From a virus (Duplodnaviria; Heunggongvirae; Uroviricota; Caudoviricetes): 7,277 nt of DNA. This document shows, in pieces, positions 1-6,312 of the stretch (position 1 is its first letter; each line of letters starts with the position of its first letter). Under the pieces are notes generated by a model. It did no database searches, was not told the origin of the DNA, and worked only from the letters and a program-made list of their open reading frames with translations. The stretch covers positions 1-7,277 of the IMG/VR virus record IMGVR_UViG_2645727775_000011. The stretch is one strand, 5' to 3'. A program made the position numbers and the translations under genes.

Positions 1-25
1 TTTATCTAGCTATAAAGCACATCTA

Positions 26-217
26 TTGGATATGCATTTTCAATACATTGATAATTTAACGGAAGAACCAATACCAGTTGAAGATGATCTTATTTCCTAT
101 GCTTTAGACACAGGAAGTTTTTACCATCCAGAAACTGGCGAATTGGTTGATAATTTTAGCCAGTATCTTTATCCATACTTTACTCCTTCGAGTCTTTTGG
201 AGAGTCTGCATGAGTGA
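26..217 (+). CDS. Small acidic ORF, possibly the 3' end of a longer gene running off the window start; translationally coupled to the downstream nuclease-like gene
   Basis: ORF track 26..217 begins at a TTG. The same frame has no stop between position 2 and 25, and the first in-frame ATG (32) has no Shine-Dalgarno, so a 5'-truncated longer gene is likely. Its stop TGA (215-217) overlaps the ATG (210-212) of the next gene. The product is acidic and aromatic-rich. Region is AT-rich. Confidence 0.4.
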   Translation: MDMHFQYIDNLTEEPIPVEDDLISYALDTGSFYHPETGELVDNFSQYLYPYFTPSSLLESLHE

Positions 218-851
218 TGTAAACATCTGTACTGCAGACCTTCAATCATTAATTAGAATGGATCCTGAATTTAGGGGAATGGTTCAAAGAAAATTAGCTG
301 CAGACAAAAATATTTTTGTAAAGCAACTCTATGAAGATTTAGACGACGCTATTCAGAATTTAGAAAATGACAAACACTTCTATCAAGATGCTAAGTGGGG
401 AGAGGACGAGCTAACAGCGTCGATCAAAAATTTCCTGAAAGGTAGGTTTTATGATGTTGAACATGATACTCAACATGGCGGTCACGTTGATTTATTAGTT
501 AAACATCAATTCGGAAAATTCGAATGGATCGGTGAAGCAAAATTATGGAGAGGCCCCAAATCTATTCATAATGGCTGGATTCAGCTAACCGAACGTTACG
601 GCACGGGTACGTCACGTGACGATCATGGAGGAATTCTAATTTATATAAAGTCTGACAAATCAGCAGTAAAATTCAATGAATGGAAAGAATTTTTCTCTAC
701 GACCGTTTCGGACGCAGAAATTGAAGCGGAAGGCTCTCCCCTCCGCTTTAAGAGTATCACAAAGCATCCAGCAACAGCGCTTCCATATCATGTAAGACAC
801 ATGGGAGTATCCTTATACCATTACACTGGTAAAAAAACCGCTGACTCTTAA
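210..851 (+). CDS. Putative PD-(D/E)xK-fold nuclease (about 213 aa): restriction-endonuclease-like, toxin or defence effector candidate
   Basis: ATG at 210 is preceded by GGAG (199-202) at 7 nt; the track's TTG start at 147 is rejected. The translation contains GGHVDLLV followed 16 residues later by EWIGEAK, matching the hhD...ExK core of PD-(D/E)xK nucleases, with a preceding Glu-rich helix. AT-rich composition. No database search was possible. Confidence 0.55.
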   Translation: MSDVNICTADLQSLIRMDPEFRGMVQRKLAADKNIFVKQLYEDLDDAIQNLENDKHFYQDAKWGEDELTASIKNFLKGRFYDVEHDTQHGGHVDLLVKHQFGKFEWIGEAKLWRGPKSIHNGWIQLTERYGTGTSRDDHGGILIYIKSDKSAVKFNEWKEFFSTTVSDAEIEAEGSPLRFKSITKHPATALPYHVRHMGVSLYHYTGKKTADS

Positions 852-1369
852 CTGGTAATTGCTATATATCCAGTCAAAAAACCTAAGGCTTTTTGCAATC
901 TTTTACGAATTGTTCCATCTGAACATCCTTGTTGCTTTGCAATAGCACGAAGAGATAAACCAATCACGAAATGAGCAACAATTAACTCATATTCTTGTTG
1001 CTTATATCTTTCTAACCTAAGGATACTAATGTCAATAATTCGCCCTTCATCATTGCTGCACTGACGACGTGATTTTTTACCATGAGGAACAACATTTTTA
1101 TATTTATCAGCTATTTCCTGCCAATCAATAGAACTATTACCAGCCACAACCCAAGCCCCCCAATCGTCTAAAATCTCACATATATCAACATTACTATCCA
1201 TCTGTTTTTTATTTTCTATTTTGAAATAACCAAGCAGCATTCTAGCCATTGTTGTTATTTCTATACTTGTAACTGACTCATAAGCATGAGGAGAAACAAT
1301 TCTCTCATCACTTAATGCCCAATCACTAAGGTTTGCTATTTCCAACAATCGTTCTTTAGTTATTCCCAT
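848..1369 (-). CDS. Phage antitermination protein Q-like (about 173 aa) with C-terminal sigma-70 region-4-like HTH
   Basis: ATG at 1369 is preceded by GGAG (1378..1375) at 5 nt; the track's GTG at 1381 is probably not the start. Motifs WGAW, RRQCSND and CSDGTIRKRLQKALG recall the Q antiterminator family (QuuD-like), from memory. It is the last gene of the minus-strand early operon. Its stop overlaps the stop of the convergent plus-strand gene (848-851). Confidence 0.55.
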   Translation of the reverse strand: MGITKERLLEIANLSDWALSDERIVSPHAYESVTSIEITTMARMLLGYFKIENKKQMDSNVDICEILDDWGAWVVAGNSSIDWQEIADKYKNVVPHGKKSRRQCSNDEGRIIDISILRLERYKQQEYELIVAHFVIGLSLRAIAKQQGCSDGTIRKRLQKALGFLTGYIAITS

Positions 1370-1380
1370 TATTATCTCCA

Positions 1381-1396
1381 CCGCCCTTTCGGGCGG
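1381..1396. promoter_or_regulatory. GC-only stem-loop (CCGCCC-TTTC-GGGCGG) directly upstream of the Q-like RBS
   Basis: Perfect 6-bp G/C stem with a 4-nt loop. On the minus-strand transcript it ends 3 nt before the Q-like Shine-Dalgarno. No strong U-tract follows on either strand. Confidence 0.35.
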
Positions 1397-1501
1397 CCTC
1401 CTGATGATTTGAGGGTGCAGGAATCCCTCCGGTTAAGGATTTAATAAAAATCGTTTCTGATTTAAATCTTCAGTATTTAGTTGTTAGTCGGTTTATAGCC
1501 T

Positions 1502-1813
1502 TTATGCTTCGACCTTATTTCTCAGCCATACACAAACCGGGCCATCTTCGGTGTCATGTATTGAACCAATAAACCATCCATTGCCCTCTGGTCGTTCCGG
1601 TTCCCATGCAGAAATATCAGCATCACACGCATCAAGGTCAGCACATCCTTCATCTCTGAAGCAGAGGACGTATTGAAGATTATTTTCCTCCATCCAGGCG
1701 TTAAACTCTTCCGTTGAAATATATTCCCGACCGTCACAGAATTTTTCATATTCAGGATGCGTCCAGCAGCCATATTCATCACGTACTACTGGTATTTCTT
1801 TAATTTCATTCAT
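1502..1813 (-). CDS. Hypothetical phage protein (103 aa), acidic with 6 Cys
   Basis: ATG at 1813 is preceded by GGGAG at 7 nt. Clean ORF; the overlapping alternate-frame ORF 1522..1782 is rejected. It occupies the nin-like position between the replication gene and Q. No recognisable family. Confidence 0.6.
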   Translation of the reverse strand: MNEIKEIPVVRDEYGCWTHPEYEKFCDGREYISTEEFNAWMEENNLQYVLCFRDEGCADLDACDADISAWEPERPEGNGWFIGSIHDTEDGPVCVWLRNKVEA

Positions 1814-2056
1814 TTCTGTTCTCCCACGTTTTCAGACTTTCACCACAGAACGGACAAAATGAAACCCGAACTGGTAATTTAGAAAATTCACCGGAACGCA
1901 ACATCACAAAATCAGGACCGCGAGTTAAACTCTCATTTCAGATTTTGTATATCAGCAGACCTTTTCGCATCGTGTATTCAGCATCACGCTCAAGGGACTT
2001 TGCCAGTGCTGCACATGGTTCTATCTTGTTGCCATTAACCTGGCATTTTGATTCAC

Positions 2057-2479
2057 TCACCGCACCACCTCCTCAAAATTCCCCTGATAAAACGCCAGTA
2101 CGCGCTGCATAGCTTCGCTCTTCCGGCACTCGCGACAGATTATGTTCTGACGCCTGTCGTAGCGACGTATTTCTCCGTCAGGTAATGACCAGATAAGGTC
2201 CGGATCAACCGCAGATGGTTTCTTCAGCTTTGCCCTTGAGAGCTTTTTACGGGCATTTTGCCAGTCCTTACGCGCCTGTTCAGACGGGAATAACCCGTAA
2301 CCAGAGTTGTATACATCGCCACTGGCAACCAGCTCTCTGGCCAGAACGCTCATCAGATATCTTGTTGCCCCAGTTTTAGTTTCCAGTTGTCGTAACGTCT
2401 CGCGCCCACTCTGGCGTACGAGTTCAACAACCTGCCCTTTAATTTTTTCCCGCTCTTCTTGTGTAAAAACTTTTGCCAC
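2057..2479 (-). CDS. Hypothetical basic protein (140 aa) with possible winged-helix region and C-terminal CxxC
   Basis: GTG start at 2479 is preceded by a perfect AGGAGG at 5 nt. It lies immediately downstream of the initiator gene in the same operon. The K/R-rich sequence suggests nucleic-acid binding. No recognisable family. Confidence 0.6.
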   Translation of the reverse strand: MAKVFTQEEREKIKGQVVELVRQSGRETLRQLETKTGATRYLMSVLARELVASGDVYNSGYGLFPSEQARKDWQNARKKLSRAKLKKPSAVDPDLIWSLPDGEIRRYDRRQNIICRECRKSEAMQRVLAFYQGNFEEVVR

Positions 2480-2519
2480 AAGCCCTCCTGAAAATTACCT
2501 CATGACCAGAAATTAACAC

Positions 2520-3452
2520 TTACCCCCTGAAGCCCGGCGGAATTTCAGTGTCCGGTTCAGAAATGTGATTCACGCAACGCTGCGCAGGCGAACGCCCCAG
2601 GCGGATAACCAGTTCATCCCATTTTTCCCGGAGTTTTGCCGGACTCATGATGTTTTTTACCCAGAACGAATCCCGCTGGAGACGCCCAAACATTTCACAA
2701 ATTTGTCTGTGAGTTCTGCCATCCAGCATCCGCATTGTGCGAACGTCATTGGCCCATGCTGTCCAGTTGGGTTCTTTCGGTCTAGTGATCTCGCCATCAT
2801 AGCTGGCCGCCTGCTCGTAAAGACTCACGATTCGTCCCCAGATCCACTGTGCGCACACCAAATCTTCCTGACTTCCCCACTGGCGTTTTTTCGCACTGAA
2901 CACAACCGCGTCAGGGTGTCGGGTTAAAAAATCCTGTTCAGCCGTCTGCGGGTCCGGTTGCGAAGCGTCCGGACAAGAAGATCTTTTATCTGACGGATCA
3001 GGTTTTAATACTGACGGATCGGGGTCAATCATCGCCCCCCTAATCGGCAGTTTTTTATCAACAGTTGATCCATCAAAATTTGACGGGTCAACTGTTAACG
3101 GGTCATTTTTTGCCGGGCTAATTTTTCTTTTCGGTTTATATGACTCACGCGCCGCCGCCGCAGCTGCTTCGAGTTTTTCCACATTAAGCCGATAGATATT
3201 GCTTACATTACGCCCACCGACCTTACGCTCTTCCTTCGTCAGCCAGCCCTCTTTCGCCAGTTCTGCAATAGCCGATTTCACTGTGGATTCACTTCTTGCA
3301 CCGATCTGACGCCGGATAGTTTCAATGGCAGGCCATGACACGCCCTCGTCATTGCTGTAGTCTGCAAGACGGGCCATAACCGCCACCCTGGATAAGATCA
3401 TGCCGGTGAAGGCGCACCCTTCCCAGACAAGACCATGAAGCTTGCTGCTCAT
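2520..3452 (-). CDS. Replication initiation protein (lambda O-like architecture: N-terminal HTH, P/D/S-rich linker, C-terminal domain)
   Basis: ATG at 3452 (MSSKLHGLVW...) is preceded by GGGGG; the track's GTG at 3467 has no Shine-Dalgarno. The N-terminus has a winged-HTH-like segment (SWPAIETIRRQIGARSESTVKSAIAELAKEGWL). The middle is a low-complexity Pro/Asp/Ser linker encoded by repeated DNA. Its position after the cro-like and ydaT-like genes fits a lambdoid replication module. Confidence 0.7.
   Translation of the reverse strand: MSSKLHGLVWEGCAFTGMILSRVAVMARLADYSNDEGVSWPAIETIRRQIGARSESTVKSAIAELAKEGWLTKEERKVGGRNVSNIYRLNVEKLEAAAAAARESYKPKRKISPAKNDPLTVDPSNFDGSTVDKKLPIRGAMIDPDPSVLKPDPSDKRSSCPDASQPDPQTAEQDFLTRHPDAVVFSAKKRQWGSQEDLVCAQWIWGRIVSLYEQAASYDGEITRPKEPNWTAWANDVRTMRMLDGRTHRQICEMFGRLQRDSFWVKNIMSPAKLREKWDELVIRLGRSPAQRCVNHISEPDTEIPPGFRG
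2990..3160. repeat. Iteron-like direct repeats plus adjacent AT-rich tract inside the initiator gene: putative origin of replication
   Basis: Motif TGACGG(A/G)TCA occurs at 2991-3000, 3012-3020 and 3081-3090, with TAACGGGTCA at 3096-3105 and a near-inverted copy TGATCCATCA at 3066-3075. A T-rich stretch follows (3105-3145). This parallels lambda ori lying within O. Confidence 0.4.
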
Positions 3453-3474
3453 AAAACCCCCGAACACCGTGCTT

Positions 3475-3900
3475 TTAGTGCATCACCACAGCATTCCCTG
3501 CCGGGCCGCCGCGATTCATCTGGTCATACAAAACAACCGCTGACGCAACAAAATCATCGACATCCTTCACCAGCCGATCCCTCCGTTCGACGATCTCACG
3601 GTAATATTCAGAACTGTGGCTGCGCATACGGGCCACCAGCAAAGGCGGCATCGCCTTTTCGATCGCCGGTAACAGAGCCTGCATTTTTTCAACAGCATCA
3701 GGGGTGTCTTTATCCAGCCAACGGAAAATTTTCTGGGTATTACGGGCCAGGGCTTCCGGATGGCTGTCGTCATACAGTTCCGGGAACGTCATTCCCAGCT
3801 CGAAATACGCTTTGGTAATTTTCGCAGCCGGCACTTTTTCGCCGTCCGGATGCGCCCAGACATTCATCGCCATGCGGATGTGTTCATGCTTGATTTTCAT
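3475..3900 (-). CDS. ydaT: YdaT-like protein (141 aa) of Rac-type prophages
   Basis: ATG at 3900 is preceded by AGGAG at 8 nt. The N-terminus MKIKHEHI matches my recollection of E. coli YdaT. It overlaps the 3' end of the upstream cro-like gene by 17 nt, as in ydaS-ydaT pairs. Confidence 0.65.
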   Translation of the reverse strand: MKIKHEHIRMAMNVWAHPDGEKVPAAKITKAYFELGMTFPELYDDSHPEALARNTQKIFRWLDKDTPDAVEKMQALLPAIEKAMPPLLVARMRSHSSEYYREIVERRDRLVKDVDDFVASAVVLYDQMNRGGPAGNAVVMH

Positions 3901-4165
3901 GAATCAAGCTCCTAGAAAGTGGTTGTGTTAACGTTTTGGTATCTTCCAGCTCGGGCCAAATATTCATCCAATCAAAAGGCCTTAGTTGCTGACGTGTAAC
4001 TTCACCATTACTGGCTCGCTCAATAAGGACACATAACGATGCCCCTAACACTTGACCTTTACTCAATGCCTTTCTTAGATAACCGATGCTGGTACCACAC
4101 TCGCATGCAAACATACGCTGTTCATCTGACGAAAGAGAATTGAGAAATATTCTTAATTCTTCCAT
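3884..4165 (-). CDS. ydaS: Cro-like transcriptional regulator, YdaS family (93 aa)
   Basis: ATG at 4165 is preceded by GGAG at 5 nt. The segment CVLIERASNGEVTRQQLRPFDW resembles the YdaS/Cro-like family as recalled. It is divergent from the CI-like gene across a 100-bp operator region. Confidence 0.65.
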   Translation of the reverse strand: MEELRIFLNSLSSDEQRMFACECGTSIGYLRKALSKGQVLGASLCVLIERASNGEVTRQQLRPFDWMNIWPELEDTKTLTQPLSRSLIHENQA

Positions 4166-4174
4166 AGCTACTCC

Positions 4175-4272
4175 TTAGTAAACACAGCAAAGAATACCCG
4201 CAGGTAAACAAAAGACAATACCCACAGGTTGTTTACCTTGCGGTAATCGCATCTATTATTTACCTATGGACA
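4175..4272. promoter_or_regulatory. Divergent promoter-operator region (oR-like) with TACC-N4-GGTA palindromes
   Basis: Perfect sites are TACCCGCAGGTA (4195-4206) and TACCTTGCGGTA (4234-4245); weaker copies are TACCCACAGGTT (4219-4230) and TACCTATGGACA (4261-4272), the last overlapping the repressor ATG. A candidate promoter for the repressor has -35 TTTACC (4232-4237) and -10 TATTAT (4254-4259), with no Shine-Dalgarno before ATG 4266, suggesting a leaderless mRNA as for lambda cI. Confidence 0.5.
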
Positions 4273-4685
4273 AATATGAATTTAGACGACAGCAACTCAT
4301 CAAAATTCGTGATGAGAAATGCGATGGTAAAGCGGTTAACGTGGCCAGAAAGATCGGGCGCGAGCCTTCTTATGTATCAAGAATGTTGTACCCAGAGGGG
4401 AAAAAGGGAAAAAAACGGATCGCTGATGATATGGTGGAGATTATCGAAGAGTCCTTTGGGTTACCCCGGGGATGGATGGATGGTATCGTTTCATCATCAA
4501 CGAACACAGCCTCCAGTTATGAAACAAGGGTTCTAACGCCACGACAACGTATTTTTTTAGATCTCTTAGACGAACTGCCAGAAAGTGAAGCGGATAAATT
4601 ATTAAAAACTCTTGAAGAGAAAAAACAGTATTACAATATGATCTACGAAGAAATCCGTAAAAAGAAAGCACAAAACGCATCATAG
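4266..4685 (+). CDS. CI-like prophage repressor (139 aa; DicA/RacR-like, XRE-type HTH)
   Basis: It is divergent from the cro-like gene. An HTH lies near residues 20-40 (AVNVARKIGREPSYVSRM). The C-terminal LPESEADKLL segment recalls DicA-type repressors. The alternate-frame ORF 4276..4536 is rejected. Confidence 0.7.
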   Translation: MDKYEFRRQQLIKIRDEKCDGKAVNVARKIGREPSYVSRMLYPEGKKGKKRIADDMVEIIEESFGLPRGWMDGIVSSSTNTASSYETRVLTPRQRIFLDLLDELPESEADKLLKTLEEKKQYYNMIYEEIRKKKAQNAS

Positions 4686-4727
4686 CTCACCAAACAACTA
4701 GTCACCAGTTAAGACACCGCAAAAATT

Positions 4728-4764
4728 TACCCATAGGTATTTACTTTTTAAATACCTATGGGTA
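4728..4764. promoter_or_regulatory. Perfect 16-bp inverted repeat built from two TACC-N4-GGTA sites: oL-like operator and/or intrinsic terminator downstream of the repressor gene
   Basis: Positions 4728-4743 pair perfectly with 4749-4764 around a 5-nt loop, and a T-rich run follows (4765-4775). The arms are TACCCATAGGTA and TACCTATGGGTA, the same motif as in the cro-cI intergenic region. A possible promoter overlaps it: -35 TTTACC (4726-4731) and -10 TTAAAT (4748-4753). Confidence 0.45.
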
Positions 4765-4950
4765 TCCTTCTTTTCATACCAACCCACCCCGCCCCACAGA
4801 ATGCAGGGCAATACTTCGAGTTACCAGGCAGTGGTCAGGGGTTAAGTAGCCAGCCCGAGGCGTAAGAACATGACGGCAGGGTTCAACTTTAATAACTATG
4901 CAGCAGGTTTTTGTTCCGCTACCCCGGCGTTAAGGGGAAATGAGGTCAAC

Positions 4951-5103
4951 ATGGATATGCTCAATCTTGGCAACAACGAATCTCTGGTATGTGGCGTGTT
5001 CCCCAACCAGGACGGCACGTTTACCGCGATGACGTATACCAGAAGCAAAACGTTTAAAACTGAAGCTGGCGCGCGTCGCTGGTTAACCAGAAACACTGAC
5101 TGA
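4951..5103 (+). CDS. ydfA: YdfA-like small protein (50 aa), first gene of the dicB-type operon
   Basis: ATG at 4951 is preceded by GAGG (4942-4945) at 5 nt; the track's upstream ATG at 4870 is less likely. The sequence MDMLNLGNNESLVCGVFPNQDGTFTAMTYT matches my recollection of Qin YdfA. Length is close to the 51 aa of YdfA. Confidence 0.55.
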   Translation: MDMLNLGNNESLVCGVFPNQDGTFTAMTYTRSKTFKTEAGARRWLTRNTD

Positions 5104-5114
5104 TGAGGTTGACG

Positions 5115-5516
5115 ATGGAATTTAAAGATTTACCAGTACCATTCCAGGAAATGGCATCGAATGTGGTTCGCTCTCAACTGGCGACTCTTGACCTGAGTAC
5201 CGTAGAAAAAGAAACCATCGATACTATATCCGGTAACGTGCGTCGTGCCTTTATAGGTCTGTATGAAGAGAAGCGCCTATTCGGCGGACAGAATTCGCCT
5301 GAAAACAAGAATCAAGCAAATGATGAGAAGCTGAAACACATTATCGCCTTACTTTTGGAAGACGCAAAACGTTTACAGCAACTGGAACCAAATGCAGGCA
5401 CAGAGGCCCGCATTTGGATTGCCATGAAATCACTCAAATGTGAAAGCAGTGATTATTTCAAAACAACAATTAAAACTACTCAACTTTCGGGAGAGCTACT
5501 GAAGAAATTGCCATAA
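5115..5516 (+). CDS. Hypothetical protein (133 aa) at the ydfB/ydfC position of the dicB operon
   Basis: ATG at 5115 is preceded by GAGG (5105-5108) at 6 nt; the track's start at 5103 overlaps the upstream stop. The stop of the ydfA-like gene (5101-5103) lies just upstream, indicating an operon. The 3' end overlaps the convergent antisense ORF by 41 nt. Confidence 0.55.
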   Translation: MEFKDLPVPFQEMASNVVRSQLATLDLSTVEKETIDTISGNVRRAFIGLYEEKRLFGGQNSPENKNQANDEKLKHIIALLLEDAKRLQQLEPNAGTEARIWIAMKSLKCESSDYFKTTIKTTQLSGELLKKLP

Positions 5517-5754
5517 GAGCATGGTCTTTCTCTTGTTCTGCAAGATGAGCATTAATACCTGGTATGGTTTTTTCAAATTTATCTATCTGTTGAATAACAA
5601 CTTCGCGGTATACGTTTGTTTTTGTACCACCAAGCGCAGCCGTTAATGCAGAAAGCATATTTAGTATCATATCAGTGCGATATGAAAGAATCCTGATAGC
5701 TTCATCTTGTTTTTCAATAATAGATTGCAGGGCCTCAATTTGCTTTTTATCCAT
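5476..5754 (-). CDS. Hypothetical AT-rich antisense ORF (92 aa), predicted helical, inside the dicB-type operon
   Basis: ATG at 5754 is preceded by a perfect AGGAGG (5765..5760) at 5 nt. The clean 93-codon ORF sits in an AT-rich block between GC-richer flanks. The track's upstream start at 5793 is rejected. No recognisable family. Confidence 0.5.
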   Translation of the reverse strand: MDKKQIEALQSIIEKQDEAIRILSYRTDMILNMLSALTAALGGTKTNVYREVVIQQIDKFEKTIPGINAHLAEQEKDHALMAISSVALPKVE

Positions 5755-6085
5755 TTCACCCTCCTGAGGGTTGGTAATTAAGGAGTTCTCCACGGGTCAG
5801 GTGGAGTGCGTGCGCCGGACACGGGTGAACATCCGGCACTGACAGTTTACTGAAAGGATATGTCCCTGAAAAGTCAGGGCATAACGCGAAAGCGCACGGC
5901 AAAATTGGTCTCTCTGTACGGTGTCGTTAAATTTAGTTCGACCGTGCGCTTCCGGTTGTGGCACTCCGCGAAATGGCGCGGCGGTAAGTATGGCGGGGTT
6001 ATTCCTTCCCCGTTGAGGACACCGGGTTGTCAGGTTGACCATACGCTTAAGCGACAACCCCGCTGCAACGCCCTCTGTTATCAAT

Positions 6086-6140
6086 TTTCTGGTGACGTTT
6101 GGCGGTATCAGTTTTACTCCGTGACTGCTCTGCCGCCGTT
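6086..6140 (+). ncRNA. dicF: DicF small RNA (ftsZ-targeting sRNA of Qin-type prophages)
   Basis: TTTCTGGTGACGTTTGGCGGTATCAGTTTTACTCCGTGACTGCTCTGCCGCC followed by a T-run (6139-6143) matches my recollection of E. coli DicF nearly exactly. It lies about 170 nt upstream of dicB, as in the K-12 operon. Confidence 0.75.
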
Positions 6141-6312
6141 TTTAAAGTGAATTTTGTGATGCGGTGAATGCGGCTGAGCGCACGCGGAACAGTTAAAACC
6201 AAAAACAGTGTTATGGGTGGATTCTCTGTATCCGGCGTTAATTGTTAACTGGTTAACGTCACCTGGAGGCACCAGGCACCACATCACAAAATTCATTGTT
6301 GAGGACGCGATA

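Noticed and set aside
147-209. Extended TTG start at 147 for the nuclease-like gene, and similar extended starts in the track (1381 GTG, 3467 GTG, 4870, 5103, 6208, 6444)
   Set aside because: In each case a downstream ATG or GTG with a properly spaced Shine-Dalgarno, or agreement with expected protein length (DicB 62 aa, YdfD 63 aa), gives a better start. Position 4870 remains a possible alternative start.
1808-1904. A 32-codon minus-strand mini-ORF (MLRSGEFSKLPVRVSFCPFCGESL...) in the 243-bp gap, with a CPFCG motif
   Set aside because: It has no Shine-Dalgarno and only one CxxC pair, too few for a zinc ribbon, and it overlaps the start of the 103-aa gene out of frame. Probably chance.
2307-3931. 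Plus-strand ORFs antisense to the replication-module genes (2307..2516, 2565..2927, 3435..3818, 3704..3931) and minus-strand 3567..3773
   Set aside because: They lie entirely inside better-supported minus-strand genes, have skewed composition (Pro/Arg/Ser/Cys-rich) and no Shine-Dalgarno.
4441-5096. Minus-strand ORFs 4441..4683 and 4896..5096
   Set aside because: They are antisense to the repressor and ydfA-like genes, lack an RBS and have hydrophobic, low-complexity translations.
5556-5564. TACCTGGTA, resembling the operator half-sites
   Set aside because: Its spacing is N1 rather than N4 and it lies inside the antisense ORF coding sequence. Likely coincidental.
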